DNA from: an uncultured Clostridium sp.
Lineage (GTDB): Bacteria; Bacillota; Clostridia; TANB77; CAG-508
DNA length: 64,000 nt
NCBI GenBank assembly: GCA_948467495.1
Contig: CAOKEO010000004.1
Coordinates: forward strand, 185-64,184
Reading direction: 5' to 3'
Position numbers and translations under genes: made by a program. Under the pieces are notes generated by a model. The model saw only the letters and a list, made by a program, of their open reading frames with translations, was not told the DNA's origin and ran no database searches. Below, one piece after another: positions 19,275-29,298 of the stretch. Position 1 is the first letter of the stretch. Each line of letters begins with the position of its first letter.

Positions 19275-19940
19275 TCATGCTTCTATCTCTTTTGCTTTTA
19301 CGATAATTCTTTTTTCAGAATCAGTAGTACAAGTAATCAGTGTTACCTCACGTTTTCCATTGGTTTCTTGGGACAAACAACTCACATCTTCTGGTTTTAC
19401 CATATAGATGTCATAAATTTGATATTCTACTTTTCCGATGGAAGCATCAGAAAGAGTCAATTGATTTCCTATTTTCAGATTTCTTAAATTATGAAACATA
19501 TTTTTATTTTGAAAATTGTGTCCTGCTACACAAAAGTTTCCAATTTGATTTGGGTCTGCTCCCCAAAACTTGGTAACTGATAGGTTTAAAGCATTTTTAG
19601 AATATTGTTTCAAGATATAGGTTTCTAGATTGATTTCTGGAATTTCTAATTTAGCTATCACAGTATAGCCTTTATATTGTTTTGGAATTTCTTCTTTAGG
19701 ATACTCTTTGGCTAATCCTGTTATCACTGGATTGCTTGTATTTTCCTCCTGTTGCTTCTCATGATATTGTGTACCAATATTTTGTGTATGGTAGGAGGAT
19801 TCTGTTTGTGCTATTTTTTCCTTTTTTACTTGAATATCCTTATATTCTTGGACACTAAACCATATCATAATACTTAATGTTGTACCTATCATAATATAGT
19901 TAATTATTCTTTTTTGTTTTTTTCTTTTGAATTCTTTCAT
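19275..19940 (-). CDS. sortase (cysteine transpeptidase)
   Basis: N-terminal TM, VAGHNF..., TLITC catalytic motif, downstream R. Confidence 0.8.
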   Translation of the reverse strand: MKEFKRKKQKRIINYIMIGTTLSIMIWFSVQEYKDIQVKKEKIAQTESSYHTQNIGTQYHEKQQEENTSNPVITGLAKEYPKEEIPKQYKGYTVIAKLEIPEINLETYILKQYSKNALNLSVTKFWGADPNQIGNFCVAGHNFQNKNMFHNLRNLKIGNQLTLSDASIGKVEYQIYDIYMVKPEDVSCLSQETNGKREVTLITCTTDSEKRIIVKAKEIEA

Positions 19941-20018
19941 CTTTCATTTTTTCTCCTTGTATATGTAATAAGATGTTTTGTAAATTTAACAAAAACATCT
20001 TATTTAATTTTGTTTTAT

Positions 20019-21044
20019 TTATTTTTTCTTATTAAAATAAACATACGAACTAACCAAAGCTATTAAAACAACAATAACTGGTACATAAATATTGTTACCT
20101 GTTTTTGGCAATTTTTTTGGTGTTTCTTCAGGATTTACTTCCTCTATTTCTGGTTCTTCTGGAGTTGTAGGTTCTGGATTTTCTGGTGCTACTGGAGTTG
20201 CCTCTTCTAATACGGTAAATGGAAAAGCTTGTTCTGCAATTACTTGGTCAGAATTGTCTCTATCAATTAATTTTAAAGTGATAGTATAATTTCCAGCTTG
20301 GCTAAAAATTGCTTTTGTTTGTAATACTTGTGAAACATCTTTTCCTCCTATTTTATAACCTTGTGCATCTCCCCAACCGCTTTGGATAATATCATGTTCT
20401 AAGTTAGCTTGGTCTGTTGCTAATAATTGAACAGTTGCTCCTGCTGGTGTTGTTGCTTCTGCAATTAATCTAGCATGTTCATAATAACGTCCCATTGGGG
20501 AAGCATAAGAAAGTGTCATTGCTTTTTCTTCTGTTTTTACAATTTCCCCTGCATGTTCTAATTTAATAGTATAATCTACATATACAGGTTCTACTGTTAC
20601 GTTTTTAACAATTGGTGTGGTAATGTCATCAAATTGTACAGAAGCATCTGCATTGGCTAATCCTTCTGCTGTAATGGTAAATTCTGTTGGGTTAGAGGTT
20701 GTAATATCTGCCTTGGCACGGAAGGTTACACTCATATTAGTACGTGGGTTTGTACCTCCTGTTGCATCATGGTAAACAACTCTTACTTTGTCTGTTGTGT
20801 CATTTGCTGTTCCTCCTTCTGCTGATACATAATCAAAAATCTTGTTGTCATAGGTTACATCAAATGTATAAGCTCCTAGGTTTTGTCCAAATTCAACAGT
20901 TACTTTTACTTCTTCTCCTGGTCTTACCGTTGTTTTGTCTGTTTGTACATCAATGGTATCTAAAGCAGCAGCATAACTGGCACCAGTAAAAATAAGTACT
21001 GTTAATAATGTTACAATAGCAAAAATGCTAATTACTTTTTTCAT
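20019..21044 (-). CDS. LPXTG-anchored surface protein with an N-terminal cohesin-like domain
   Basis: Signal peptide. IDVQTDKTTVRPGEEVKVTVEFGQNLGAYTFDVTYDNKIFDYVS. C-terminal LPKTG, then a hydrophobic helix, then KKK. Confidence 0.7.
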   Translation of the reverse strand: MKKVISIFAIVTLLTVLIFTGASYAAALDTIDVQTDKTTVRPGEEVKVTVEFGQNLGAYTFDVTYDNKIFDYVSAEGGTANDTTDKVRVVYHDATGGTNPRTNMSVTFRAKADITTSNPTEFTITAEGLANADASVQFDDITTPIVKNVTVEPVYVDYTIKLEHAGEIVKTEEKAMTLSYASPMGRYYEHARLIAEATTPAGATVQLLATDQANLEHDIIQSGWGDAQGYKIGGKDVSQVLQTKAIFSQAGNYTITLKLIDRDNSDQVIAEQAFPFTVLEEATPVAPENPEPTTPEEPEIEEVNPEETPKKLPKTGNNIYVPVIVVLIALVSSYVYFNKKK

Positions 21045-21174
21045 GAAAAAATTCCTCCTTTTTTGTTTTATATTTCTATTATGTCAATTTTTCTTTTCAA
21101 TTATGAAAAAAACATAATAGAAATTTTTTCTATTATGTTCTTTTTAATTTTTTACTTAGTGTATAAAGATTTTA

Positions 21175-21747
21175 CTATGCATTTTTACCACATAATCTTT
21201 TTTGCACTTCTTTTAAATGTTTTACTCCATCACTTTGTTCTTTTATGATGGAATCGGCAATCAATTTTAATCTTGGGTCAATACGATATGACAATAAATT
21301 TTCGCACATGGCAATGGCTCCTAGATGATGTGGTATCATTTCATTGGTAAAATTCAAGTTAATATTGACACATCTAGGAGTATTTTTCATTTCATCAATC
21401 ATATTTCTAGTAATTTCTAAATACTTTTGCCTATAATTCTCTATCACTTGCTGTGTATTGGGAAAACCATAAGTAGTTTTACAAATTTCTTCCATTTGTT
21501 TCATTCCTTCTGTTTGCATTTTTATGATGTTTTTTGCTATTTCCTGTAATGGTTGATACCTTGTATATTCTAATAAATTTTCAGACATATAGATAGCAGC
21601 TTGATGATGTGGTATCATGCATTCAATAAAGTTGATAGTTACACAATTAGTCACGTTTTGCGATAACATTTTTTCTGCCATTTGATTTACGATTTCATCA
21701 TAACGATATAGATATTTCTTTGCTCGAACAATTTGCATGTTTTGCAT
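21175..21747 (-). CDS. DUF305 family protein
   Basis: Two repeats of the MIPHHxxAI motif (MIPHHQAAI and MIPHHLGAI). Confidence 0.7.
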   Translation of the reverse strand: MQNMQIVRAKKYLYRYDEIVNQMAEKMLSQNVTNCVTINFIECMIPHHQAAIYMSENLLEYTRYQPLQEIAKNIIKMQTEGMKQMEEICKTTYGFPNTQQVIENYRQKYLEITRNMIDEMKNTPRCVNINLNFTNEMIPHHLGAIAMCENLLSYRIDPRLKLIADSIIKEQSDGVKHLKEVQKRLCGKNA

Positions 21748-21855
21748 TTCGTACCCTCTCCTTTTACTTTTTCTATATCATATATGATTTATTTTAAAAA
21801 TGTTACTATTGTCGCATTGTAAAGATAGGTATATTACCAACTTATAAAACAATAG

Positions 21856-22461
21856 CTATTCATCTTCCAAAGTCTCATCATACTCAAACTCGAAAGTCTC
21901 ATCCAATTCTGGTTCTTTCTTTTTTCTTACTTTTTTCACTTCTTTTTCAATTTTTTTCTCAATTGCCTTTTTATCTTCTTCCTCCTTCTTCATACTTTTA
22001 TTATGTTTATTTTGCATTTCCCTTAATATCTTTTTAGTTTCTTCGTCTTTATTTTTTATACAATGATTCATCATATTGTTAGTTTTCTCCAATAAATCTG
22101 GGATATAATCTAACAATTTGTCCAAAGAAGAAGTATGATTGACTGGCATTAATTTCACATTATCACCATGAATTACAAGAAAAGCAATTGGATTAATTGT
22201 CACACCAGCTCCGCTACCACCGCCAAAAGGCAATCGATATTGAATCTCTTCCTCTCTATCTCTTTTTGTATATTCATCTATTGTTTCCCCTTTAAATTCG
22301 CTACCACCTGCTGCAAACCCAAATGATACTTTTGATATAGGAATAATAACAATATTATTGGAAGTTTCAATTGGTTCACCAATAATAGTATCCACATCTA
22401 TCATATCTTGGATACTATTCATAGCTGTAACCATAAGACCTTCTATGGGATGTTCGCTCAT
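21856..22461 (-). CDS. ytfJ: sporulation protein YtfJ / GerW family, with an acidic/lysine-rich C-terminal extension
   Basis: HPIEGLM...IIGEPIE...VIIPISKVSFGFAAGGSEF...FGGGSGAGVTINPIAFLVI. Confidence 0.8.
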   Translation of the reverse strand: MSEHPIEGLMVTAMNSIQDMIDVDTIIGEPIETSNNIVIIPISKVSFGFAAGGSEFKGETIDEYTKRDREEEIQYRLPFGGGSGAGVTINPIAFLVIHGDNVKLMPVNHTSSLDKLLDYIPDLLEKTNNMMNHCIKNKDEETKKILREMQNKHNKSMKKEEEDKKAIEKKIEKEVKKVRKKKEPELDETFEFEYDETLEDE

Positions 22462-23041
22462 ATTCCTTCACTCCTTTTTTTTCTTTTTTATGAAACATAT
22501 AAATAACATTTATAATATGGCTCATTTTTATTTCAAATATACCTGAAACAGATATATTTACCAAATTTTGATTTTGATATACAGGATGAATAACAAATAC
22601 TTGATGTTCAAAATCTTTTATATTTTTACGTAATATAATCGCAATAACTGTACTTAAAGCTGGTACAAGAATTGCTGTCAAACTTGCATTTTCTGTCCCA
22701 ATCTCAACATATAATTCAATTTCTTTAACCATAATATCTATTTTTCTAATAGCTATTAAAATCTTTTTATCTAATTTTTGATTATCTTTTAATTCACTAA
22801 AATTAATATTTTTTATTTTTTCTTTTAATTTCATTTTTTCTAATTTTGATTTCGTAATATTAATTTTAAAAATAGGAATAAAACTAAATACACATAGTTT
22901 TATTTTAATTTCATAATCTTTATTGAAATGTCTTTTTGTTCTAGAACAAAATTTAAAATCAACAACCTCTATTTTTATTTTTGCAAAAATCAAACTAATG
23001 AACAATAAAATAATAGCAATACATACAAAAAGAAAAACCAA
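22415..23041 (-). CDS. DUF2953 (YtfI-like) sporulation-associated membrane protein
   Basis: N-terminal TM and a typical position directly upstream of ytfJ. TTG start behind GGAGG. Confidence 0.55.
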   Translation of the reverse strand: MVFLFVCIAIILLFISLIFAKIKIEVVDFKFCSRTKRHFNKDYEIKIKLCVFSFIPIFKINITKSKLEKMKLKEKIKNINFSELKDNQKLDKKILIAIRKIDIMVKEIELYVEIGTENASLTAILVPALSTVIAIILRKNIKDFEHQVFVIHPVYQNQNLVNISVSGIFEIKMSHIINVIYMFHKKEKKGVKEYERTSHRRSYGYSYE

Positions 23042-23105
23042 TCAAACCGCCTCCTTTTTGAAGCTCTCTATTAGTTTTTCCATTTTTTTCTTTTTTAAAC
23101 ATTGA

Positions 23106-23861
23106 TTAACTTATTTTCTTACTCTTTTCTACTGTAATGTCACCAAATATCTCCTTTTGGCTCGTTTCCACCTTACTCCTTCTAGACAATTCCAATAATC
23201 CAGAAAAAGCAGTAACTACTTCTTGCCTATCATGCTTTTTGGTAGAAAATAATTGATTAAAAACAAATTTCTTTTGTTTCACTAAAACCTTAAACATCTC
23301 TCTTACTTTACTTGCAACTGTATAATTATCAGTAATTGCAATTTTCTCTATATTTTTAGCATTTTGGTTTAACTTCACACGATTTCTATCAACTAACTTT
23401 TTATAAATCTCTGGTATCAAATTACTCTCATAATCTTTCTCAAGTCTCTGTTTTGGCAATTCAATTCTATCCTGTTCTTTGAAATATCTCCTAGAAAAAT
23501 CAAGATAATTTTCCTTGAACACTTTGCTCATTTCCTTAAACTTCTTATACTCAATAATCCTACGAATCAATTCTTCTTCCGTCAATTCCTCCTCTTCTTC
23601 CTCTTGCTTTGGCAACAAATTCTTAGACTTCAAATATAATAAAGTAGAAGCCATCACTAAAAATTCGCTAGCAATCTCTAAATTCAACTTTTCTTGTTCT
23701 TTTAAATAATCAAGATACTGATCTGTAATTTCACTTAGATGAATATCATAAATATTCATCTTATTTTTATCAATCAAGTGACACAATAAATCTAGCGGTC
23801 CTTCAAAATTATCTATTTTAATTGCATATTTCTTCGTTTCTAAAGCTAAAATTGCCATCAT
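23106..23861 (-). CDS. scpA: segregation and condensation protein A
   Basis: IKIDNFEGPLDLLCHLI...MNIYDI.LSEITDQYL...EIASEFLVMASTLLYLKS. Start trimmed to the ATG behind GGAGA; the longer ORF runs into a repeat. Confidence 0.85.
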   Translation of the reverse strand: MMAILALETKKYAIKIDNFEGPLDLLCHLIDKNKMNIYDIHLSEITDQYLDYLKEQEKLNLEIASEFLVMASTLLYLKSKNLLPKQEEEEEELTEEELIRRIIEYKKFKEMSKVFKENYLDFSRRYFKEQDRIELPKQRLEKDYESNLIPEIYKKLVDRNRVKLNQNAKNIEKIAITDNYTVASKVREMFKVLVKQKKFVFNQLFSTKKHDRQEVVTAFSGLLELSRRSKVETSQKEIFGDITVEKSKKIS

Positions 23862-23870
23862 TCTTTCTCC

Positions 23871-23936
23871 TTTTGGGGGGGTGTTTTTTGGGACAGGCAC
23901 CAATTATCCCTAAAGGTGCTTTCTGGGACAGGTTAC
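23871..23936. repeat. family 2 short intergenic repeat (consensus about ACCTGTCCCAAAAAACACCTnTAGGGATAATTGGTGCCTGTCCCAAAACGCACCC), reverse orientation
   Basis: One of 7 copies seen in the window. Confidence 0.7.
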
Positions 23937-23986
23937 CTAATTCTTTCACTTAAATAGAATGAGAACTGCCCAAATGGTCCCCATTT

Positions 23987-24439
23987 CTAATCTTCTATTG
24001 CTTTGTTAATATTTTCTAATCTATATCCTTTTTTCAATAAGTATTGCTTTATTTCTTCTTTTTCCAAGGATACTGATTTTTTGTATAATATATTTTCTGC
24101 TGATTTTATTTCATATTGTTCTAATTCTTCTTTGTTTTCATACAAATAATCTTCTATTTCATCTTTTGGCAAACCCTTTGCTATTAATTTATATTGAATT
24201 TCTTTTATGGATAAATTTTTTAATGCTATAAAGTTATTGATTGCTTTTTCTATAAATTCGTGGTCATTGATATATTGGGCTTCTTTTAAATAATCTATAA
24301 TATCCTCTAACATGTTCTCATCCATCGTCGCTGAAAACTTTTTACGTACTTCCTGTTCTGTTCTTTTTTTGTATAGAATATATTTTAGTACTTTTGTTTT
24401 TTGTTTATCAAATTCTTCTATTGTGCTCATATATCCCAT
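23987..24439 (-). CDS. recX: recombination regulator RecX
   Basis: About 150 aa helical-repeat protein directly downstream of recA, with a RecX-like pattern (ALKYLSYKKRTE-type N-terminus). Confidence 0.75.
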   Translation of the reverse strand: MGYMSTIEEFDKQKTKVLKYILYKKRTEQEVRKKFSATMDENMLEDIIDYLKEAQYINDHEFIEKAINNFIALKNLSIKEIQYKLIAKGLPKDEIEDYLYENKEELEQYEIKSAENILYKKSVSLEKEEIKQYLLKKGYRLENINKAIED

Positions 24440-24486
24440 TTTCCTTTCTTTTCTCCTTTTATTTTACTATAAATAATGAAAAATAG

Positions 24487-24540
24487 CAAGAAAAGACTAA
24501 ATAAACCATATGTATATAATTACATATCATTTATTTAGTC
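24487..24540 (-). terminator. terminator downstream of recA
   Basis: 11-bp stem gactaaataaa/tttatttagtc followed by a T-rich run on the minus strand. Confidence 0.5.
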
Positions 24541-24557
24541 CCAAGAATGTAACTGTT

Positions 24558-25610
24558 TTACTCTTTTTCATCGTCTTCTTCGTTATTTGGTATTTCTTCT
24601 CCAAGGCTTTGCTCAAAAGCCTTAGCAAAGTCTTCTCTTACTTTTTCTTCGACTTCTTCTAAAATTTTTGGGTTTTCTTTTAGGTATCTCTTGACATTTT
24701 CCCTACCTTGACCAATTCTTTCACCATTATAGCTAAACCATGAACCAGCTTTTTCTATGATGTCTAAATTAACAGCCATATCCAAAATATTTCCTGCTTT
24801 GGATATTCCCTCTCCATAAACAACATCAAATTCTGCTTCTCTAAAAGGTGGTGCTACTTTATTTTTTACTACTTTAACACGTACACGACTTCCTTTAAAT
24901 TCTCCATCTTGTTTGATATTTTCAATTTTTCTAATATCCATTCTAACAGATGCGTAAAATTTTAATGCCCTACCTCCTGTTGTAGTTTCTGGATTTCCAA
25001 ACATAACTCCAATCTTTTCTCTTAATTGATTAATGAAAATTAAAACTGTTTTCGTTTTATTTAAGGCTCCTGCTAATTTTCTTAATGCTTGTGACATTAG
25101 TCTTGCTTGTAATCCCATATGTGAATCACCCATATCACCATCAATTTCTGCTTTTGGTACTAACGCAGCAACTGAATCAACTACAATAACATCCAATGCT
25201 CCACTTCTTACCAAACTTTCTGTAATTTCTAATGCTTGTTCTCCTGTATCTGGTTGGGATACAATTAGATTATCAATATCTACTCCTAACTTCTTGGCAT
25301 AAACTGGATCTAAAGCATGTTCTGCATCAATAAAAGCTGCTTCTCCTCCCATTTTTTGTGCTTCTGCTACAACATGTAATGCTAATGTTGTTTTACCAGA
25401 AGATTCTGGTCCATAAACTTCTATAATTCTACCTCTTGGAACGCCACCAATTCCTAATGCAATATCTAAACTTAATGCTCCTGTTGGTATGGATTCTATC
25501 TCCATTGCTTTAAATTCTCCTAATTTCATAACAGACCCTTTGCCAAACTGTTTTTCAATTTGGCTCATAGCCATCTCCAATGCTTTCTTTCTTTCTGTAT
25601 TTTCTTCCAT
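24558..25610 (-). CDS. recA: recombinase RecA
   Basis: [66 protein letters not shown]. Confidence 0.97.
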   Translation of the reverse strand: MEENTERKKALEMAMSQIEKQFGKGSVMKLGEFKAMEIESIPTGALSLDIALGIGGVPRGRIIEVYGPESSGKTTLALHVVAEAQKMGGEAAFIDAEHALDPVYAKKLGVDIDNLIVSQPDTGEQALEITESLVRSGALDVIVVDSVAALVPKAEIDGDMGDSHMGLQARLMSQALRKLAGALNKTKTVLIFINQLREKIGVMFGNPETTTGGRALKFYASVRMDIRKIENIKQDGEFKGSRVRVKVVKNKVAPPFREAEFDVVYGEGISKAGNILDMAVNLDIIEKAGSWFSYNGERIGQGRENVKRYLKENPKILEEVEEKVREDFAKAFEQSLGEEIPNNEEDDEKE

Positions 25611-25632
25611 ATTTTTTCCTCCTTAAATATTT

Positions 25633-25644
25633 GAACTTTTGTTT
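25633..25644. promoter_or_regulatory. candidate LexA/DinR (Cheo-type) box upstream of recA
   Basis: GAACTTTTGTTT has one mismatch to GAAC-N4-GTTC. It lies about 25 nt upstream of the recA ATG. Confidence 0.3.
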
Positions 25645-25709
25645 GATATTCTTATTATATATCAAAAATTTGTTTTGTCAAGTCTTTTTCTGTTTTTTTA
25701 TTATTTTTT

Positions 25710-25811
25710 AGGATGTAACAATTCCTGGAGCACAGCAAAATTACAGACTGTTTGCAGCTGGGAGTTACAAAAAAATTTTATTCCCAAAAAGCAAAACGTT
25801 TGAATCGTTAC
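25710..25811. repeat. family 3 MITE-like repeat, partial copy
   Basis: gatgtaacaattcc...acagactgtttgcagctgggagttac...aaaacgtttgaatcgttac matches the reverse complement of 57840..57972. Confidence 0.55.
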
Positions 25812-25844
25812 ATTTTTTATTCCATAATACCTATATTAACTATT

Positions 25845-27428
25845 TTACTTATACCATCCTTCTATGCCATAAAATTGATAAAACCAATTTGGAGTAATTT
25901 CTCCTACTAATCCTGAATTATAAGCGACCATGTATTTATTATTATACAAACTAATATAAGGAATATCATTTTTATAAATTTCAGATAGTCTAGCATATTT
26001 TTCTTTCAAAATTTGCTCATCTGTTGTATTTTTAACTTCATTCATAATAGAAGAAACTTCTTCATTTGAATAATTGGCCAAATTACCCTCACCAAAATAA
26101 GTGGTAAGATTTGGACTTGGTGAAAGAGTCATACTGCACAAAGCGATATCATATTTTTTAGTATTCATACTATTATTATATTGTTCATTAGATGCTTGGA
26201 CAATATTAATTTTGATTCCTTGATTTTCCCATTGTTGCTTTAAATTTTCAGCAACAGCAACTTTAGAATCATCACTAGCTCTTACTAAAAGATTTAATAT
26301 AATAGCTTGTGTTTTGCGATTTTCTGTTTTTTGCCAAGTTCCAGAACGATATCCCCATCCATTGTCTACTAAAACTTGTTTTGCTTGCTCCAAGTTATAG
26401 CCACTGCTAGCATCTTGTCCTTGTGATAACCAACTTCCATAATCCAATGGAAAACTGCTGATAAAACTTTTATTATGAAATATACTAGATACAATATTTT
26501 CTTTATCTATGGAATATGCTATGGCTCGTCTAACTTCTTGTTTCGATAAAAAATAATTTTGTGTATTCAGTGCTAAAAAAGTATGTTCTCTTCCTTTTAA
26601 TTCTTTTGCACTATATCCAATTGTTCCAATGTATTCTTGTAAATTATCATTTGTAGTGGCTATCAAATCAATGTTTCCTATTTTGAAACTATTATATAAT
26701 TCTCCAATTGAAGAATATAAATTTACCGTAATTTTCTCAATTGTTAGATTAACTTGTTTATTCCACCATCCTGCATTTTTTTCCAAGACAATAAAAGATG
26801 GTTGCACATCTGCAATTTTATATTTTCCAGTACTTACAGGTGATTTATTTTTTTCTGTATTGACAAAATCTTCTGCTTGATAATAGTCTCTTGATAAAAT
26901 GGGAAAGGTCAATTGATATTCAAAAAAAGGTATTTCTCTATCTAAATTAATTTTTACAGTATAATCATCAATAATATCCACACCTGTTACATATTGCACA
27001 TGGTAAGAATAAATCGAATTCACTTCTTTTAAGCGGTCAATGGTAAATCTGACATCTTCTGCTGTAAATCTTTGTGCATCAGTCCATTTCACATTTTCTC
27101 GCAATTTAATAAGATAAGAATTATCACTCTGTTTGGCCCATTCCGTTGCTAAACAAGGTTCTGCTTTATAATCTGCGGTTAAAGTAATTAATGAATCATA
27201 AATCAATTTTGAAATGTCTTGTACATTTTTATGTTGACTAAGAATTGGATTGATAGTATCGAATTCAGCAATTCCTAATGTCAGTTCTTTTACTTTTTCT
27301 TCTTGACTAGCTGTATGTTCTAATTCCTGCTGCTTTTCTTCCTCTTCTTGTCTGATTTTAAAAATGGCAAATAATAAAATACTGATTATAAAAATGATAA
27401 AAACATATTTTATCCAATTCGATTTCAT
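25845..27428 (-). CDS. ABC transporter substrate-binding protein, family 5 (peptide/nickel type), N-terminally membrane-anchored
   Basis: About 527 aa with an N-terminal TM. ...LTADYKAEPCLATEW...NVKWTDAQRFTAEDV.FTIDRLK pattern of SBP_bac_5. Confidence 0.75.
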   Translation of the reverse strand: MKSNWIKYVFIIFIISILLFAIFKIRQEEEEKQQELEHTASQEEKVKELTLGIAEFDTINPILSQHKNVQDISKLIYDSLITLTADYKAEPCLATEWAKQSDNSYLIKLRENVKWTDAQRFTAEDVRFTIDRLKEVNSIYSYHVQYVTGVDIIDDYTVKINLDREIPFFEYQLTFPILSRDYYQAEDFVNTEKNKSPVSTGKYKIADVQPSFIVLEKNAGWWNKQVNLTIEKITVNLYSSIGELYNSFKIGNIDLIATTNDNLQEYIGTIGYSAKELKGREHTFLALNTQNYFLSKQEVRRAIAYSIDKENIVSSIFHNKSFISSFPLDYGSWLSQGQDASSGYNLEQAKQVLVDNGWGYRSGTWQKTENRKTQAIILNLLVRASDDSKVAVAENLKQQWENQGIKINIVQASNEQYNNSMNTKKYDIALCSMTLSPSPNLTTYFGEGNLANYSNEEVSSIMNEVKNTTDEQILKEKYARLSEIYKNDIPYISLYNNKYMVAYNSGLVGEITPNWFYQFYGIEGWYK

Positions 27429-27588
27429 ATTCCACCTCTATTCTTTTGCTATCATATCTTAAATGAAAAAAATTTTCAAGATATTTTTTGTAATTTTTTT
27501 GTGAAAGAGTAACTATGGGGAAGACTTCCTCTATATATGAAAAGGAGCAAAAGGAAACGTTCCTATTGCTCCACATTTATTTTTAATT

Positions 27589-27852
27589 TTATGCTCTTGA
27601 TTCTACAATTAGCTTCATACCAGTTCTGTCTTCTCCTTCTACTTCCACTTCTGCAAATGCTGGTATGCAAACTAAATCCACTCCTGCTGGTGCAACAAAC
27701 CCTCTTGCTATTGCCACTGCCTTTACTGCCTGATTTAATGCTCCTGCTCCGATTGCTTGCATTTCTGCTTTACTTGATTCTTTTACTAATCCAGCGATTG
27801 CTCCTGCTACTGAATTAGGATTTGATTTAGATGAAATTTTTAAAACTTCCAT
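27589..27852 (-). CDS. spoVS: stage V sporulation protein S
   Basis: MEVLKISSKSNPNSVAGAIAG...AIGAGALNQAVKAVAIARGF is near-canonical SpoVS. Confidence 0.92.
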   Translation of the reverse strand: MEVLKISSKSNPNSVAGAIAGLVKESSKAEMQAIGAGALNQAVKAVAIARGFVAPAGVDLVCIPAFAEVEVEGEDRTGMKLIVESRA

Positions 27853-28004
27853 TTTTCTTTTGCCTCCTATAATTTTATTTTTTGTTGCAACTTTTACGAT
27901 TGTTATTTTATATCATATGGAAAAATTTGTAAATAGTTTTTTGGAAATTTTTAGGTAATTTCATCGCAAACTTTTTCTTATTTCGACACTCATCTTTCTA
28001 TCTT

Positions 28005-28775
28005 CTATCCATTCCATCTTTTTATAGCTTTTACCCTATTATTAGCATCTTCTACCTCAAATATAACTGCATTTAACATACCCTCTCCTGTTGCTATTTT
28101 ATACCTTTCTGGTAAAGTAGTTTCAAATCTTTTTAAAGAAACTGAAATGTCCATTCCGATTACAGAATGTTTTGGTCCAGTCATGCCAATATCAGTTATA
28201 TAACCTGTTCCCTTTGGTAAAATTTTTTCATCTGCGGTTTGTACATGGGTGTGGGTTCCATACACTGCTGTTACTTTTCCATCTAAAAAATATCCCATCG
28301 CTATTTTTTCAGCGGTTGCTTCTGCATGAAAGTCAACAAAAATCATATCTACTTCTTGTTGCAATTTTTCTACTAATTCTTTTGCTTTGATAAATGGATT
28401 TTCAGAAAGTACATTAATATCAACTCGACCAATTAAATTAATAACCGCTATTTTTTTGTTTTGGCAAGGATAAATGTTATATCCTTTTCCTACTACTCCT
28501 TTAGGGTAATTGGCTGGTCGAATTAATTTAGGATGATCTATTAATTTAAAAATGTCCTTTTTTCCCCAGGTATGATTTCCCATTGTGATAACGTCTACGT
28601 CTAAAGCTAAAATGTCATGAAAATTTTGCTGCGTAATTCCCATTCCTTCTGCTGCATTTTCTCCATTTACAATCACAAAATCAATTTGTTCTTCTTGTCT
28701 TATCTTTCCTAATTGCTTTTTCAATTCTTGAATTCCACTATTCCCAATTAAATCTCCTATTGCTAAAATTCTCAT
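28005..28775 (-). CDS. ymdB: YmdB-family metallophosphoesterase (2',3'-cyclic-nucleotide phosphodiesterase-like)
   Basis: MRILAIGDLIG..., VNGENAAEGMGIT, TMGNHTW, VDFHAEATAEK, GTHTHVQTADE. Sits in the conserved rny-ymdB-spoVS context. Confidence 0.85.
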   Translation of the reverse strand: MRILAIGDLIGNSGIQELKKQLGKIRQEEQIDFVIVNGENAAEGMGITQQNFHDILALDVDVITMGNHTWGKKDIFKLIDHPKLIRPANYPKGVVGKGYNIYPCQNKKIAVINLIGRVDINVLSENPFIKAKELVEKLQQEVDMIFVDFHAEATAEKIAMGYFLDGKVTAVYGTHTHVQTADEKILPKGTGYITDIGMTGPKHSVIGMDISVSLKRFETTLPERYKIATGEGMLNAVIFEVEDANNRVKAIKRWNG

Positions 28776-28945
28776 ATTTTATCCTCTCTTTTCTATTTAT
28801 TTATCTTTTTTATCATACTATATATTTGGAAATTTATCAATTACTATTTTATTTTATTGCTTTTTTATTCTATTTTTGTTGTACTTAACGTAATGCCATT
28901 GCAGTAACTTTAAAATGGTAAATACCAATAAGGAGGTTTCCACAA

Positions 28946-29242
28946 ATGGAGTTTAGACGGATAATTGAAGCAGCAGGGATTGATTCAAATAATTATCCCA
29001 TCATGGCTAATGCAGCCGTCAAAGTAACCATTTTAGAAAATCGTGACTTGAATTCCTTAGATTGTGCAACTCCTATATTTGCACAAAATGCAACTTCTAA
29101 AGAGGAGTTCGAAGAATTCCTGAAAAAGTGGGAAAATATTGGTAGCTCTCCCATTAACATGAGAGTGAAATTAACGGAAAGATATGTTATTATCTTTCTT
29201 TATCCCAAACCTTCACCAGAGCTGTTGTTGCCAAGAAATTAA
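28946..29242 (+). CDS. hypothetical protein (98 aa) on the opposite strand between ymdB and rny; CGG at codon 5
   Basis: Strong AAGGAGG RBS. No recognisable family. Codon choice looks more GC-rich than in the neighbours. Confidence 0.5.
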   Translation: MEFRRIIEAAGIDSNNYPIMANAAVKVTILENRDLNSLDCATPIFAQNATSKEEFEEFLKKWENIGSSPINMRVKLTERYVIIFLYPKPSPELLLPRN

Positions 29243-29263
29243 TTTACGATTTCAGCAGAAAAG

Positions 29264-29298
29264 AAAAAAGGGAACTTTTCCAACAGTTCCCTTTTTTC
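29264..29298. terminator. bidirectional terminator between the 98-aa ORF and rny
   Basis: aaagggaac / gttcccttt stem flanked by A-run and T-run. Confidence 0.6.

Noticed and set aside
22415-23903. Absence of scpB downstream of scpA as a meaningful loss
   Set aside because: scpB may simply be encoded elsewhere, and one window cannot show absence.
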